NCBI GenBank assembly: GCA_040954595.2
Contig: CM082590.2
Location: 7,750,001 to 7,814,000 of the forward strand
Reading direction: 5' to 3'
Origin: Balanoglossus misakiensis
Taxonomy: Eukaryota > Animalia > Hemichordata
Length of the DNA stretch: 64,000 nucleotides
Part shown: in pieces, positions 38,101 to 56,135 of the stretch
How positions within the stretch are numbered: the stretch's first letter is position 1
How the letters are laid out: every line of letters starts with the position of its first letter
Translations under genes and position numbers: made by a program
The notes under the pieces: model-generated
What the model was told of the DNA's origin: nothing
The model's input: only the letters and a program-made list of their open reading frames with translations
The model's database searches: none

Positions 38101-38449
38101 TGGACATGGTGCATATGGAGAAGACTGGACGTGGATGGAACTTGGACACAGGATGAAGATTTGCAGGTAAGGCAAGATTTGCAGGTAAGGCAAAACATAG
38201 GGGAGGGGTCATGCATCAGGGGTCAAATAAAGGGGGGGAGATCATACACCGGGGATAGATAGAGGGGGGAGGCCATGCAACGAGGGGAGACACAGGGAGG
38301 GGGGCATGCAACAGGTAGGAAGGATAGGAGGGAGGGAGACAAGATGAGGAGGAGGAAGAAGGGGGGGAGACAAGATGAGGAGGAGAGAGAAGGGCGAGAG
38401 ACAAAAATTTTTCCCAACAATTTTTTTTCCGCCTTTTTTTTGCTGATTT

Positions 38450-39180
38450 CAAATTTTTTTCTGGTGATTTTTTTTTTTTTATCGATGAAATTTGTCAGTT
38501 GCTCCTTTATCAGTGTGTGTACTGCATTTTACTGTACTTTTTACAGTGCAACCAGTAATTTTACAATTTTTTACATCATTCTCATTGCTTTTAGCTGTTA
38601 AAATGGTTGAAATGACCTTAAATTTGAAAGAAATGGGTATTTTAGTGATCAAAATGGCTATTTTGGTGAAAATAGTGGAAAAGGCATGTAAATTTGGAAC
38701 TTTAATGGTAAAACTGACCTTTAATTTGTAAGAAATGGGTATTTCAGTGATCGAAATGGCTTTTTTGGTGAAAATAAGGAAAAATACATGTAATTTTGGA
38801 AAAAACGGCTATTTCGCTTGAAGAAATAGCTATTTCGGATAAAATAATGAAAAAAAACATTTAATTTGGTAAGAAATGCCTATTTTTGTAAAAGAGATGC
38901 CTATTTTGATAAAAAAAATGTTAACGGAATTTGATTTTTGGTAAAAATAATGGAAATACCTGTAATTTTGAAAGAATTTGACTTTTTGGTAATGATGAAA
39001 ATATCTGAATTTTGAAGGAATTGGCTGGTTTGCTTAAAACAATGAATTTTCCATTATTTTAACAGCTAAAGCAATGAAAATGTGAAAAATTGCAATATTA
39101 AAGGTTGCGCTGTAAAAGTACAGAACACACGGTGTAAAGGGCAACTGATAAATTTCATCTACAATAAAAAAAATTGAAAT
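38450..39180. repeat. Foldback: ~130-150 bp diverged inverted arms around degenerate A/T-rich tandem repeats
   Basis: gatgaaatttgtcagttgc...cattgcttttagctgttaaaat versus attttaacagctaaagcaatg...gcaactgataaatttcatc. Confidence 0.75.
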
Positions 39181-39769
39181 AAGACAAACAAAACACTCAC
39201 TCTCTTCATACCGTAAGCATTGCTCTTGTAATGTAAGAGACTTTAAAATTTACAATCTGGAAAAAAACACAAACTGTATGTTTACTGTACTCTTTTTCAG
39301 ATTGTAAAAGTAAAATCATCGTTTACACAACAAGCTAAGAAATGCACAATGTGACAATGATATTCCATTTTATAAAATTTAATCTCATTTACTGATAAAG
39401 GAAATAACGTACAGTCACACATCATAATAAAATCATTAAAAATCGAAAAATGAACAAATACTGCTCAAAATAACAGGTATTCTACACGTTAGCTTTCAAC
39501 AGACCGGCTTAAACTCTATAAAAGCCTCTTAAACAGAAAACTACGCGAAATAACAAAGCTAAAGTGAGTTACAACTTCAGGCAAAACTTTGAATGCATCT
39601 AACACTAAGTCTGTCTATGTACTGCGCATGCGCACCAACTAACATGCTAAAGTATAGGGCAACCAACACACGTGGGAAAGCGTCTATCACTAAGTGCGTC
39701 TCTGTACTGCGCATGCGCACCAACTATCACCTCGACTGAAATTGACAACACGGAAGTAAACACGCTAAG

Positions 39770-42700
39770 TATAGGGCATCCAACACTCGCGAAAAATGGA
39801 GATTACATTTCTGGAGAAGTGGCTAGATCTTGTACTTTAGCAAAAATAAAGCGTATACACATAGGGCTATAAGTAGTCTACAATAAATCTTTAGATTCTA
39901 CTGGAAATTTCACTTCAATCAGCGATCGGCGCTGGTGATCAGCGACGGTGACGCGTGTATGTAATCCTATGGAGACAGAGTCGACCGCCGCTATCAACAC
40001 GTAAACAGTGGTAGAAATGGCTAAGTACTCTGTCGATTTTCTCAGTTTTTGCTTACCAAACTTCTTCACATCAAAACAAATCGAATAGTGATAACTGCAC
40101 AAACATTTACGAGTTCTGTCTGAATTAAACAGCGAGTTTTCGTGAGTATTGCCACTGGTATAAAAGGGGGGCGTGTCACTATGGACATTGATAAACAATG
40201 GATAGCGTATACGCGTAAACAACAATGGCGTCAATGACAGAGATTTCGGATAACTTCAGAGGTCCTTCTCTCTTTTACTTTCACGATTGTAAACGTCTGT
40301 GTCATGCTGTTCTGTTTTCTGACAGTTTCTCTTTGCAACGGCAATATAAATCGCACCACACATTCACGGTAACATTGAAAATACTCACTGTTTATCTCCG
40401 CGAGTCACGTTTATCATGGGGGTACCTCCATGCGTCTACGGGTGACCCGTGTCAATTTCTATTTACAATCCATTATGATGGTAGAAAATTTGACCGGATA
40501 CTTCTTGTTTGAATGTTTAAATAGTAAAGACACGGTTACTAGAAGGGCTAGCATGTTAGAAATCATGTCAGCCAACTTTGGTCTGGCTACACAATTGCAA
40601 AAGTTATGAAAAACGACAAGAAAGTAAGTCTATACTGAAGGATCAACACAGTCGCTGCATGGTCAGTGTACATATGCTTTCATATGTAAATGACAACATA
40701 CAGCGCTTGGCCTCAGCTATTGCTTGGCAACCCAGCACATACAGTTAGATATTGAATTAATATCTACATTTCTGGAGAAGTTGCTAGAGCTTGTACTTTA
40801 AGTAACATGAAGTGTATACATATCGGGCCATATTGTAGTTCAGGAAAAATCTTAGGGAAACATTGGTTTCTACAGGAAATTCACTTCAATCGACGATCGG
40901 CGCTGGTGATCAGCGACGGTGACGCGTGTACGTGTAATCCTATGGAGACAGAGTCGGCCGCCGCTATCAACACGTAAACAGTGGTAGAAATGGCTAAGTA
41001 CTCTGTCGATTTTCTCAGTTTTTTGCTGACAATACTTATTTACATCAAAACAAATCGAATGGTGATAATTGCGCAAACATTTACAAGTTCTGTCTGAATT
41101 AAACAGCGAGTTTTCGCGAGTATTGCCACTGGTAAATAAAGGGGGCGTGTCACTGTGGATATTGATAAACAATGGACAGCGTTGAGATACGCGACGTCGG
41201 GAAACCAACAACACTCGCAGAAAAACGGCGATTACATTTCTGGCGAAGTGGCTAGGTCTTGTACTTTAGTGGAAATGAAGCGTATACATACAGGGCTATA
41301 TTGCAGTTACAAAAAATCTTTAGGAAACATTGGAATCTACTAGAAATTTCTATCGACGATCGGCGGTGGTGATCGGTGACGGTGACGCGTGTAATTCCTA
41401 TGGAGACAGAGTCGCTATCACGGTCACTCGCACAAGTATGAAAGAACGCGTCGCCGTTTGCTCAAATCTCTGTCGATTTTCTCAGTTTTTGCTTTAAAAG
41501 CGTGTTTACGTCGACACAAATCGATTGGTGATATTTGCGCAAACATTTTCAACTTCGGTCTGAATGAAACAGCGAGTTTTCTCGAGTATTGCCACTGAGA
41601 AATGAAGGGGGCGTGTCACTGTTGACATCGATAAGCAATGCAATGGATCGACAGCGTTGAGATACGCGAAGTCGGGCAGCCAACAACACACGCGGAAAAA
41701 CGGCGATTTCTTTTCTTGAGAAGTTGCTAGGTCTTGTACTTAAGTGAAAATGAAGTCTATACATACAGGGCTATATATGAATTCACTTAAAATCTTTAGG
41801 AAGCATCAGATTCTACTGGAAATTTCACTTCAGCTGTCAGCGCTGGTGATCAGCGACGGTGACGCGTGTAATCCTACGGAGACAGAGTTGGCCGTCGCTA
41901 TAAACACGTAAACAGTGGCACATTAAATTTCGATTAGAGAAATGGCCAAAGTACTCTAGCCCTTAGTCTATACACTTTTCTAAAAGATTATTGCATGGGC
42001 CTAATTATGACACAAAAAACAGAGTCAGGAACCGAATTTTTTTTTAGTGAAAGTGATTTTAAATACGCGGATTTTCAACAACAGTATCGTGGATGCCAAT
42101 GAAATAAACACGGTCACTCGCACAAGTATGAAAGAACGCGTCGCCGTTTGATCATAATCTCTGTCGATTTTCTCAGTTTTTGCTTTAAAAATTTCATTAC
42201 ATCAACACAAATCGATTGGTGATATTTGTGCAAACATTTTCAACTTTGGTATGAATTAAACAGCGAGTTTTCGTGAGTATTGCAACTGAGAAATGAAGGG
42301 GGCGTGTCACTGTTGACATCGATAAGCAATGCAATGGACAGCGTTGAGATACGCGAAGTCGGGCAGCCAACAACACACGCAGAAAAACGGCGATTTCTTT
42401 TCTTGAGAAGTTGCTAGGTCTTGTACTTTAGTAAAAATGAATTCTATGCATACAGGGCTATATAGTAATTCACTTAAAATCTTTAGGAAACATTGGATTC
42501 TAGTGGAAATTTCACTTCAATCGACGATCGGCGCTGGTGATCAGCGACGGTGGACGCGTGTAATCCTATGGAGACATAGTCGGCCGCCGCTATCAACACG
42601 CAAACAGTGGCACATTAAATTTCGATTACAGAAATAGCAAATAACTCTATCCCTTAGTCTATACACTTTTCTAAATGATTATTGCATGGAACTAACTTTG

Positions 42701-43990
42701 ACACAAAAAATAGAGTCAGGAACCGGAACATCTTTGAGTGAAAGTGACTTTAAATACGCGGATTTTCAACAACAGTATCATGGACGTCCATGATAGGGAA
42801 CACGGTCGCTGACTTGAAGTCGAAAGAACGCGTCACCGATTGCTCAAATCTTTGTCGATTTTCTCAGTTTTTGCTTTAAAAACTTGTTTACATCAACACA
42901 AATCGATTGGTGATATTTGCGCAAACATTTTCAACTTCGGTCTGAATGAAACAGCGAGTGTTCTTGAGTATTGCCACTGGTAAATAAAGGGGGCGTGTCA
43001 CTGTGGATATTGATAAACAATGGACAGCGTTGAGATACGCGAAGTCGGGCAGCCAACAACACACACGGTAAAAACGGTGATTTCTTTTCTTGATAAGTTG
43101 CTAGGTCTTGTACTTTAGTAAAAATGAAGTCTATACATACAGGGCTATATATGAATTCACTTAAAATCTTTAGGAAGCATCAGATTCTACTGGAAGTTTC
43201 ACTTCAATCGGCGATCGGCGCTGGTGATCAGCGACGGTGGACGCGTGTAATCCTATGGAGACAGAGTCGGCCGCCGCTATCAACACGCAAACAGTGGCAC
43301 ATTAAATTTCGATTACAGAAATGGCCAAAGTACTCTAGCCCTTAGTCTATACACCTTTCTAAAAGATTATTGCATGGGCCTAATTATGACACAAAAAACA
43401 GAGTCAGGAACCGATTTTTTTTTTAGTGAAAGTGATTTTAAAAACGTGGATTTTCAAGAACAGTATCATGGACGTCCATGATAGGAACACGGCCGCTGAC
43501 ATGAGGTCGAAAGAACGCGTCACCGATTGCTCAAATCTTTGTCGATTTCTCCCGTTTTTGCTTTTAAGTCTTCTTTCAATCAAGACAACGCGATTGGTGA
43601 TAATTTCGCACACATTTACAACTTCGGTCTGAATTAAACAGCGAGTTTCGTGAGTATTGCCACTGGTAAATAAAGGGGGCGTGTCACTGTGGACATTGAT
43701 AAACAATGGACAGCATAGACAACAATGCATTTTGGATGATAGAAAATTTGACCGGATACTTCTTATTTAAATGTTAAAATGATAAAAACACGGTTAATAG
43801 AAGGGTAACTATGGTAGAAATCATGTTAGCTAACTTTGGTCTTGCTACACAGTTGTAAAAGGTCTAAAAACAACAAGAAAGTAAGTCTATACTGAAGGTT
43901 CAACATGTTCCTGCATAGACAGTGTACATGTCCTTTCATATGTAAATGACCACATAGAGTACTTGGCCTGAGCTCAGCACATACAGTTTG
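39770..43990. repeat. Tandem array of ~430-670 bp CpG-containing units (six copies) plus a duplicated spacer
   Basis: Core cgatcggcgctggtgatcagcgacggtgacgcgtgtaatcctatggagacagagtcgg near 39923, 40894, 41357, 41838, 42525 and 43212. Spacer 40475-40750 is repeated at 43736-43990. Confidence 0.92.
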
Positions 43991-46900
43991 ATTTTGAAAT
44001 AAAAATTTGGCCTAGCATTTCAACAAATAGAACAGAAAAGTTTATCTTGGTGTGACAAAAACCAAATTAAAATCGTTTAGACTTGTTTTTTTTTGACATT
44101 GCCAAACTGTAAGCTTCACTAGTAAAACTTTGGCCCCACTTATTTACAACCTCAGCAGAACACTGGGGATGGAGATATCCTAGCCTGACAAGCTGTTTGA
44201 CATTTCAGCCCTGTTTATCTGGCTGTATTTTCTATTTCAAGTCTATATTTTCCTTCTACCTGTCCAATCTGCATATCAGCTAGCTCAACAATAGACATAT
44301 TGCCTTTACAAAGTAAACCTAATTCTTTTTATTAAACATTGGCAAAATGCACACAACATTACCATAACTGTTATTGTTGAAAAATACTAAAATATTCATT
44401 CTCCAGACAGTGTTTTTCTTTTAAATTATATCTATTTTTCTACAGATAATACTGCAATTTATGTAAGCCTACCCTGCCATATATTTTTACATATAACATA
44501 GAAATATGCAAATATCAAAGGTAACAATGTTTATATTTTCAAAACATTACATCACATGTAGTCAATGTTTATATTTTTGAACACTACATCGTATGAAGTC
44601 ACTTTCTACGTAGATTATTATTGAAAATTTGTAAATAACCAAGAACATTTAAGACATATCGTACGGTATACGAAGGAAACGTTTGACCTTGAACACACGA
44701 CGATTTCTACTGCGTTCACTCCAACACCGCAGGAGTGTGTTGTTGTCGAAGACGCGGACAAAACCGTAAATTTTTGGAGCCAGGCCCCTTGAAACCCTAT
44801 ATTTCACGCTGTCGGAAGGTTGGACGGCTACGGCTATCATAGCTCTGCTCGGCAGGGCTGTGTTTACTGGCGACGCTGTTGTTGGATGCCCTAAACATAT
44901 GCCCTACCCCTAGCGCTCGGCATGTAAACAATCACAACATGACTGTAAAAATCATGCAAAAATACAATCTTACTGTAATTTTCCTGTGGATTCAGTCTCC
45001 TCCTTGCACTTGTGCGGAGTTTAGGCAACCTATAATGAAACCACGGGCGCTTCTTGACCGGATTTGGTGAAAGTTTGAGGCAATTTCTGGCTGTACGCGT
45101 GACAGGCTCACAGTATCAACAAACAGTGCACGTGTGGTGACAGGTCAAAGGTCAACATTGGGGAATTCCCTCATAGTGCGCCCCTAGTGGTAGGTCATGA
45201 CGATTCTCTCTTTCTTTCTTTCCCCCCCCCCCCTCTCTCTCTCTCCCTCCCTCTCTCATTTTGTTTTGAGTGTGTCAGAGATCTCCTTTTTCGTTGATTT
45301 ATTTTTTTCCTGGTTAATCAAGCAAGTATTAATCACACACATACACACACAACATACTGTAAGTGAATGAATACTCTTAGATCATTTCTTATGCATAAAT
45401 ATAATTTTTATTAAAATTGACAATTCAGATTGTCACAAAATACGAACTGACAGTAGAAATCAGAAGGCACTTGGTGAATAGGAATACCAACAAAAAGATA
45501 CAGACACAAGGGTTCTCCTGGCTCAATCAATTTGGAATAATCCATTTCTCTGTAGGGGAGGCAACATACAGAACGGATTGCAGACAAGAAAAGTGGCAAA
45601 CATGATTTTTCTTAACCCTACATAAATAAACAAGACATATTTTAAATAACAATGGAAATTACTAAAATTAATAAACCATTTCAGAAGAGAAAAAAAATCA
45701 CTGAATAATATGATGAACTAAATAAGAAGTGAGATAAAATATTGGAATTAAAGGAAATTAAACGAAACAAAATATGCTGTTTTCATTTCATAAGTTCAGA
45801 ATGTTCTGGACTGAGCATGCAAATATTTCTGTTATTGAGAATAAATTCTGGTTCATGTTCAGATTCAGATCCACCTGGGCCTAGGTCATTTGAAAACCAT
45901 TTACATGCTTATTCCGACTTTCCTGGGACACAAACCCAGCACAAACAGAATGACACTGAAAGTCAGAAACCTATGGTCCCACAGCCAATATTACCAATTC
46001 AATGATTATGTTTGTTTGACTTTTATTAAGGTAGTACGCACATCAGGAACAGATTGTCAGAAAAATGATAGTCCTCCAAACAGCATAATTCTTTGCAATA
46101 CATGTATTTAAGTACACAAGGAAACTTTTTGAGAGAAAAAAAGTTTAAGACATTTTTTGAGGCGCATACTACCTTAATTAATACGATTGGACAGATTGCT
46201 GTTTGATTTGCATTTTACCAATCAATCCTTGGAAATGTGACCATAGCTAAATTTAATAAATGTATTTTCCACAACATTTGACAATAAGCAGTGTTCGTTT
46301 GCTTGTTGAATGTTTCCTCATCACATGTTCGCAGTCCGTTGTTGCTCAATCCTGTAACTTAACGTGCAGTGCATGAGAAAAATACTAGAAATCAAAGAAA
46401 TATAACACAGACATGATTATTTTTCGTAAAATATGAAGTTTCTGAGTAAGTCAAAGGATTATCAACAATTGTGTGACTTTTCATCACATATAAAGCTTCC
46501 TTCGTAACGAAAAATAGTTGTACAGTTCGTCACGTGACAAAAATTCACTAATTCTACGACAAATTTTTTTGGGGGGAGTGAAAAAAACAAAAGACAATAT
46601 AAAACAATTTACACGATCTGCTAAAATCTAAATTCATTTTACAATCACGGAAGTTCATAAGTTTCACTCCTAAATCTAATGATTTTTGTGTAAAATCAGT
46701 TCGTTTTCTATTTCCAAAAATAATTCTACTAAAAAGTTATAAGCTGTTATTGCAGTATTCACACAGTAATTTTTTCGACAAACTTTAAAAATTCTTTTCC
46801 GACAATATTTCTTAGACCCTACATTCAAAATATGTGGTCGATTTTGAAGTAAAAACTACTAGAAACTGTCATTTCCCCTCCTAAAATTGAAAGTTCACAT

Positions 46901-47265
46901 TTTTCCTGAGAAAAAGCATTTCCTATTCAGCTTACTGAACAAGAATTTTCCCCAACTACTGTTTCCCCTGGCCCTGGCCTTTATATATTGTTGCATTTTT
47001 TCCCATCATCCCACAGTGACCTTTCCAACACGTACAACAATCTTTGCTTTAAACTATGAAATCCGAGTTTGCAAAAATTAAACAAAAATTATAAACATTT
47101 CAAATTTCTGACAAAACTGACCAGACAAGCGACACAAATCTACGACTTTTTGACCTTTATAGGTCAAAATTACGAAGATAACACCGGTCAGAGTTTCACA
47201 TCAAAATAATCTTCTGAATACATAAATAGTGTCAAAGTTCAAGGTTCACGAAAGATAAGGTCATA

Positions 47266-47469
47266 TACTGTAGAACGGGTTATTTTCGTGAGCAATAAAT
47301 TTTCGCGAAATATGCGAGAGCCAAAAAAAACGTGAAAATATAGTCACTTAACATGTTTTTGTCAGAGATAATGATGCAGTGAAATACGAGAGCACGAAAA
47401 TTAATCCTCGCGTAACAGTTACCTCTTCTGAGATCGTGAAGATTTCCGAAAATAACCTGTTTTACAGTA
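47266..47469. mobile_element. TACTGTA MITE family copy in the probable GLI 3' UTR
   Basis: tactgtagaacgggttattttc...gaaaataacctgttttacagta. Confidence 0.8.
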
Positions 47470-48773
47470 ATTACATGACACAGAGGTGGACATTTTACAA
47501 CACTGATAGAACCCTGATCATATCCGTTTGTTATCCCAACAAAAGTTTGGAAATTAAACTTTCACGATGACAATTTGAAACTTATTTGAGAGATAACCTG
47601 ATTGCAGAAAACAGAAAAATTTCACATGGCAAAATAACACAGTTTCATCCAGTTTATGTGTCGTTTTTTTGATAAAAAGCAGTTATCATGTGTTTTGAAC
47701 ATTTTCAATGGAGGCAGCATTTTCATTAATTTGGTCCAAACACTAAATTCTGTAGCATGAAAAATGATGGCAAAATCTCCCAAAAATAATTTGACTGTGG
47801 CAGATTATTTCTGTGAATACAGCATTTCCGATACAAAACATTGGCACACACACTTTGTAATACAGAACAATTTCAAGCTAGCCTTTTCTGATTGAACATT
47901 TCGCATTTCATAAACAAAAATAAACATTTCTTCACAATACTAAAATAAGCCAACTGATATCTTATTACCATTCAAAACATTTGGCTGAATTGTAACAAAA
48001 TGCCTTCTGCATTTCATCATGATTTAGATATTATTGCTTGCATTTCAGTTGAGAACTTTCTGGTAAAGATCCGACATCAAGTTAATTGGCAGAACGAGAA
48101 AAGTTCAGCAAATGTCGTGGAAGGTCAACACAGATTCATTGAATGATGTTATATTCAGTCAAACCTGTGTATAATAACATAGTGGTCACTATATAGAGGT
48201 GGTCACTATATAGAGGTGGTCACTAACATAGGTTTGACTGTTGTACATTTCTGTTACAACATACACCCGATAATTGTATCTTAAAAGCAATTCAACTCCG
48301 ACAAATAAACTGTTAACAAGTTCACACTATTCTGATAACGTGGTGATTTTTGTGTGTGTCCGTGATCTAGCATCTGTTGTGAGCATGCATGCATGCATGT
48401 CTGTGTTCATGCAAAAAGTATCAAAGAAAATGATCATTGTGTTTACGTCAAACTCCACAAAAAGGTCAAAGTCAAAAACTAAGATGTAAGGCAGTGATGT
48501 TCCTATGAAACCTGTTTCTGTGATTAAAAATGCTGAAAAAATAATTTTGATTTGATTTTCTGTGACCAGACAGTATTTTAATTTGATGAAAAATTGTTCA
48601 GTATGTCATGTAACATTGTAATTCATGTTTTTAAAATTTACAGTTTTGATTAAAGGCTGGATGTCAAATTCCGAATTTTTCAAAGTATCAGAATATTTAT
48701 CCAATATAACGCTCGTAAATGTTACTGACACTCTTTCTGTCAACACACAACGCTGTTGCTATGACGTCAGTTG

Positions 48774-53728
<4,955 letters not shown>

Positions 53729-54615
53729 AAATCTGCCACAAGAAACTACAACAGCAAGTCGATTTCACCCAAAAATGGTACATAGCGCCCTCATGAGTTC
53801 AGTTGTGTCGTATGACGATTTTAAAAGTTTGGAAACGTTTTCTTGCAAAATATTTTGTGGAGACTTGATGAGATGTTATGTGATATTAAAGTATTTGAAG
53901 TTTTGAAAAAACAAAAGAATCACCAATTTATATTTTTTTTTTCTTTTTCACGACAATGACTATTCTATACACCAGACTCTCAATTCTTTATTCTTCCATC
54001 CAACACAGTTTAACTTTTCAGACAGTATTTTCTTTTTTTCTATCCATCAAAGACAACCAAAACAAACTAAACCTGTTCTCCTACATACCACCACTGACAA
54101 TACTTCAAAATCCTGAACAGAACCTCACAGCCACTTAAGGGGTCCTTATTGTACCATCACCACGGCAACCAAGGTTAATTGGTTACTGCTGTGTTTCTTG
54201 CTCGCCTAATCTGACATGTGATACCCACAATGGGACCTTAATTGAGTTGCCAGGGGCAACAGTGCCAAGATTACCTGGTCTTCTTACAACTGTGGTGTGA
54301 GCATGTGGCCAAAACAATGCACTATAGCTATGCATGAAAACATGATTGTATTTGTAGGGCAGAGTCATTAAATATGTTGGGGAGGGGGCCATTTTTTGTA
54401 GTATGAGTCTGGAGATGAACATTTCTATTAATTGAACAACAAACGTGAAATTGAAATTTGCTATGCAAGACACTAGGACAAAATTGAGCCTGTACATACA
54501 ATGCAGCGTATCTCAAATTGGTTTCATGTCACTCAAAAATGTTCCCAGACTTGGAAGAAATCTTTCAAATGACATCATACTAGAAGGTCACTCTAGTGGT
54601 AAGGATGCAACAGCT

Positions 54616-54708
54616 TTAACCCTTTCACCCCTAGTCCCCTCTTTAGAGATCCAACCTTACTATAGAAAACCATGGGTTTGGACTGAACCATTGTGGTTAA
54701 AGGGTTAA
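54616..54708. mobile_element. ~90 bp piggyBac-like MITE (TTAA-CCCTTT ends)
   Basis: ttaaccctttcacc...ggttaaagggttaa. Relatives near 5793-5890, 11910-11999, 50488-50570 and 62583-62674. Confidence 0.75.
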
Positions 54709-55907
54709 GACTATTACAGTCAGTATGCCTTGGTTCGAGCAAAGTCTTTTCAATAATATTTGTAATAAATCACTGATCATATTACATTATGTAAAAGATG
54801 ATACTGCGACAGCATAAAATAAAATCTGATATCAACACGATATAAATTAAATTTTCATGTCAGATTGTCATTTTAGTAGATTAAAATTCCAAGTCATGAA
54901 TCATAAAAATTTGAAAAATCCACGCCTATTTTGGTCTTGCTTAGACTAGCAACCTCCTGATGCATATTGTAATATCGCTGGTGATACGACCATCTTAGTT
55001 ATCATCTCTGTACCGTATCAAGCAGCTCTATTTTATCTTTGATAGACAACAATGGAGGTCAAGGGTCAAAGGTCGGCGCAGTCCTCATCAAAAGTGTGAC
55101 AAATGTCAAAAATATTTTCATACGAGACATACGCACGGAAATATTTATAGCACACCAATGCAATAAAGTCATGTCCCAGATCAACCTGATATGTAACCAA
55201 ATCCACCACGGATAGTGCACGACTCAATTTTTTCCATAACTGCAAGATAAATTTAAGCATTTTGATTGAATATCGGGTAGAATAAATCCCTGGGGTTAAG
55301 TTGACGTTAATTGACTTTTGTGGGTTAATTGAAATGTGATTTTTGAGTCAATATTTTCTCAAATACTTGGAGTGCGTATATTAATTTCACCACAGTTTAC
55401 AGTCGATCAAATATCACTTTTTTTTAAAACTGATGATAGTATACTGTCATCGCTGTTGTTTACATTTTTTGTTAAAAATTTCAAAAATCTCCCCATATAA
55501 TTTTTCTGTCTGAATATTTCTAGTATATAAATTACTTGTCCCTGAAAAAATTATTTAAAAAAAGTCTAGACATGTGTCATTCATTCAATTTTTTAAGATC
55601 GTTTTGCTGCAGTTTCGTGCCCAGAGATCAGATATTTTGAGTGAACACAGTCCAAAAGTGTCAGCCTGATGTGGAGCCCGGTTTCAAGAATGTGTGCTTG
55701 AAACTATCCAGACACCATTTGGAAGAATTCACGTCAACTCCCGAAGATCAAATTGTGTCCGTGAACCTACGATCATAAAGTCTGACATTTTTCGAGATGT
55801 GTTTATTTACTTCGGAGGAAATAGAGCAGTTCTCAGCAGTTGTGTAGCGGAGGTGAATGCTGTGTGTGTCTGTGTGTGTTTATGTACGTGAGAGAGAATT
55901 TGTGCAT

Positions 55908-55984
55908 TTGTGTATGTATGTATGTGTGTGTCGGTCTGTCTGTCTGTATCTATGTATCTATGTATGTATGTGATAGAGTGTGAG

Positions 55985-56016
<32 letters not shown>

Positions 56017-56135
56017 TGTATGTATCTATGTATCTATGTACGTATCTATGTATGTATCTATGTATCTATGTACGTATCTATGTATGTATCTATGTATCTA
56101 TGTACGTATCTATGTATGTATGTGCCTATGTGTAT
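55908..56135. repeat. (TATG)n/(TATC)n compound microsatellite
   Basis: Directly visible. Confidence 0.9.

Noticed and set aside
45177-45190. CTCF-like motif GCGCCCCTAGTGG at the island/GLI boundary
   Set aside because: One G short of the consensus CCASYAGRKGGCRS spacing; a single imperfect hit.
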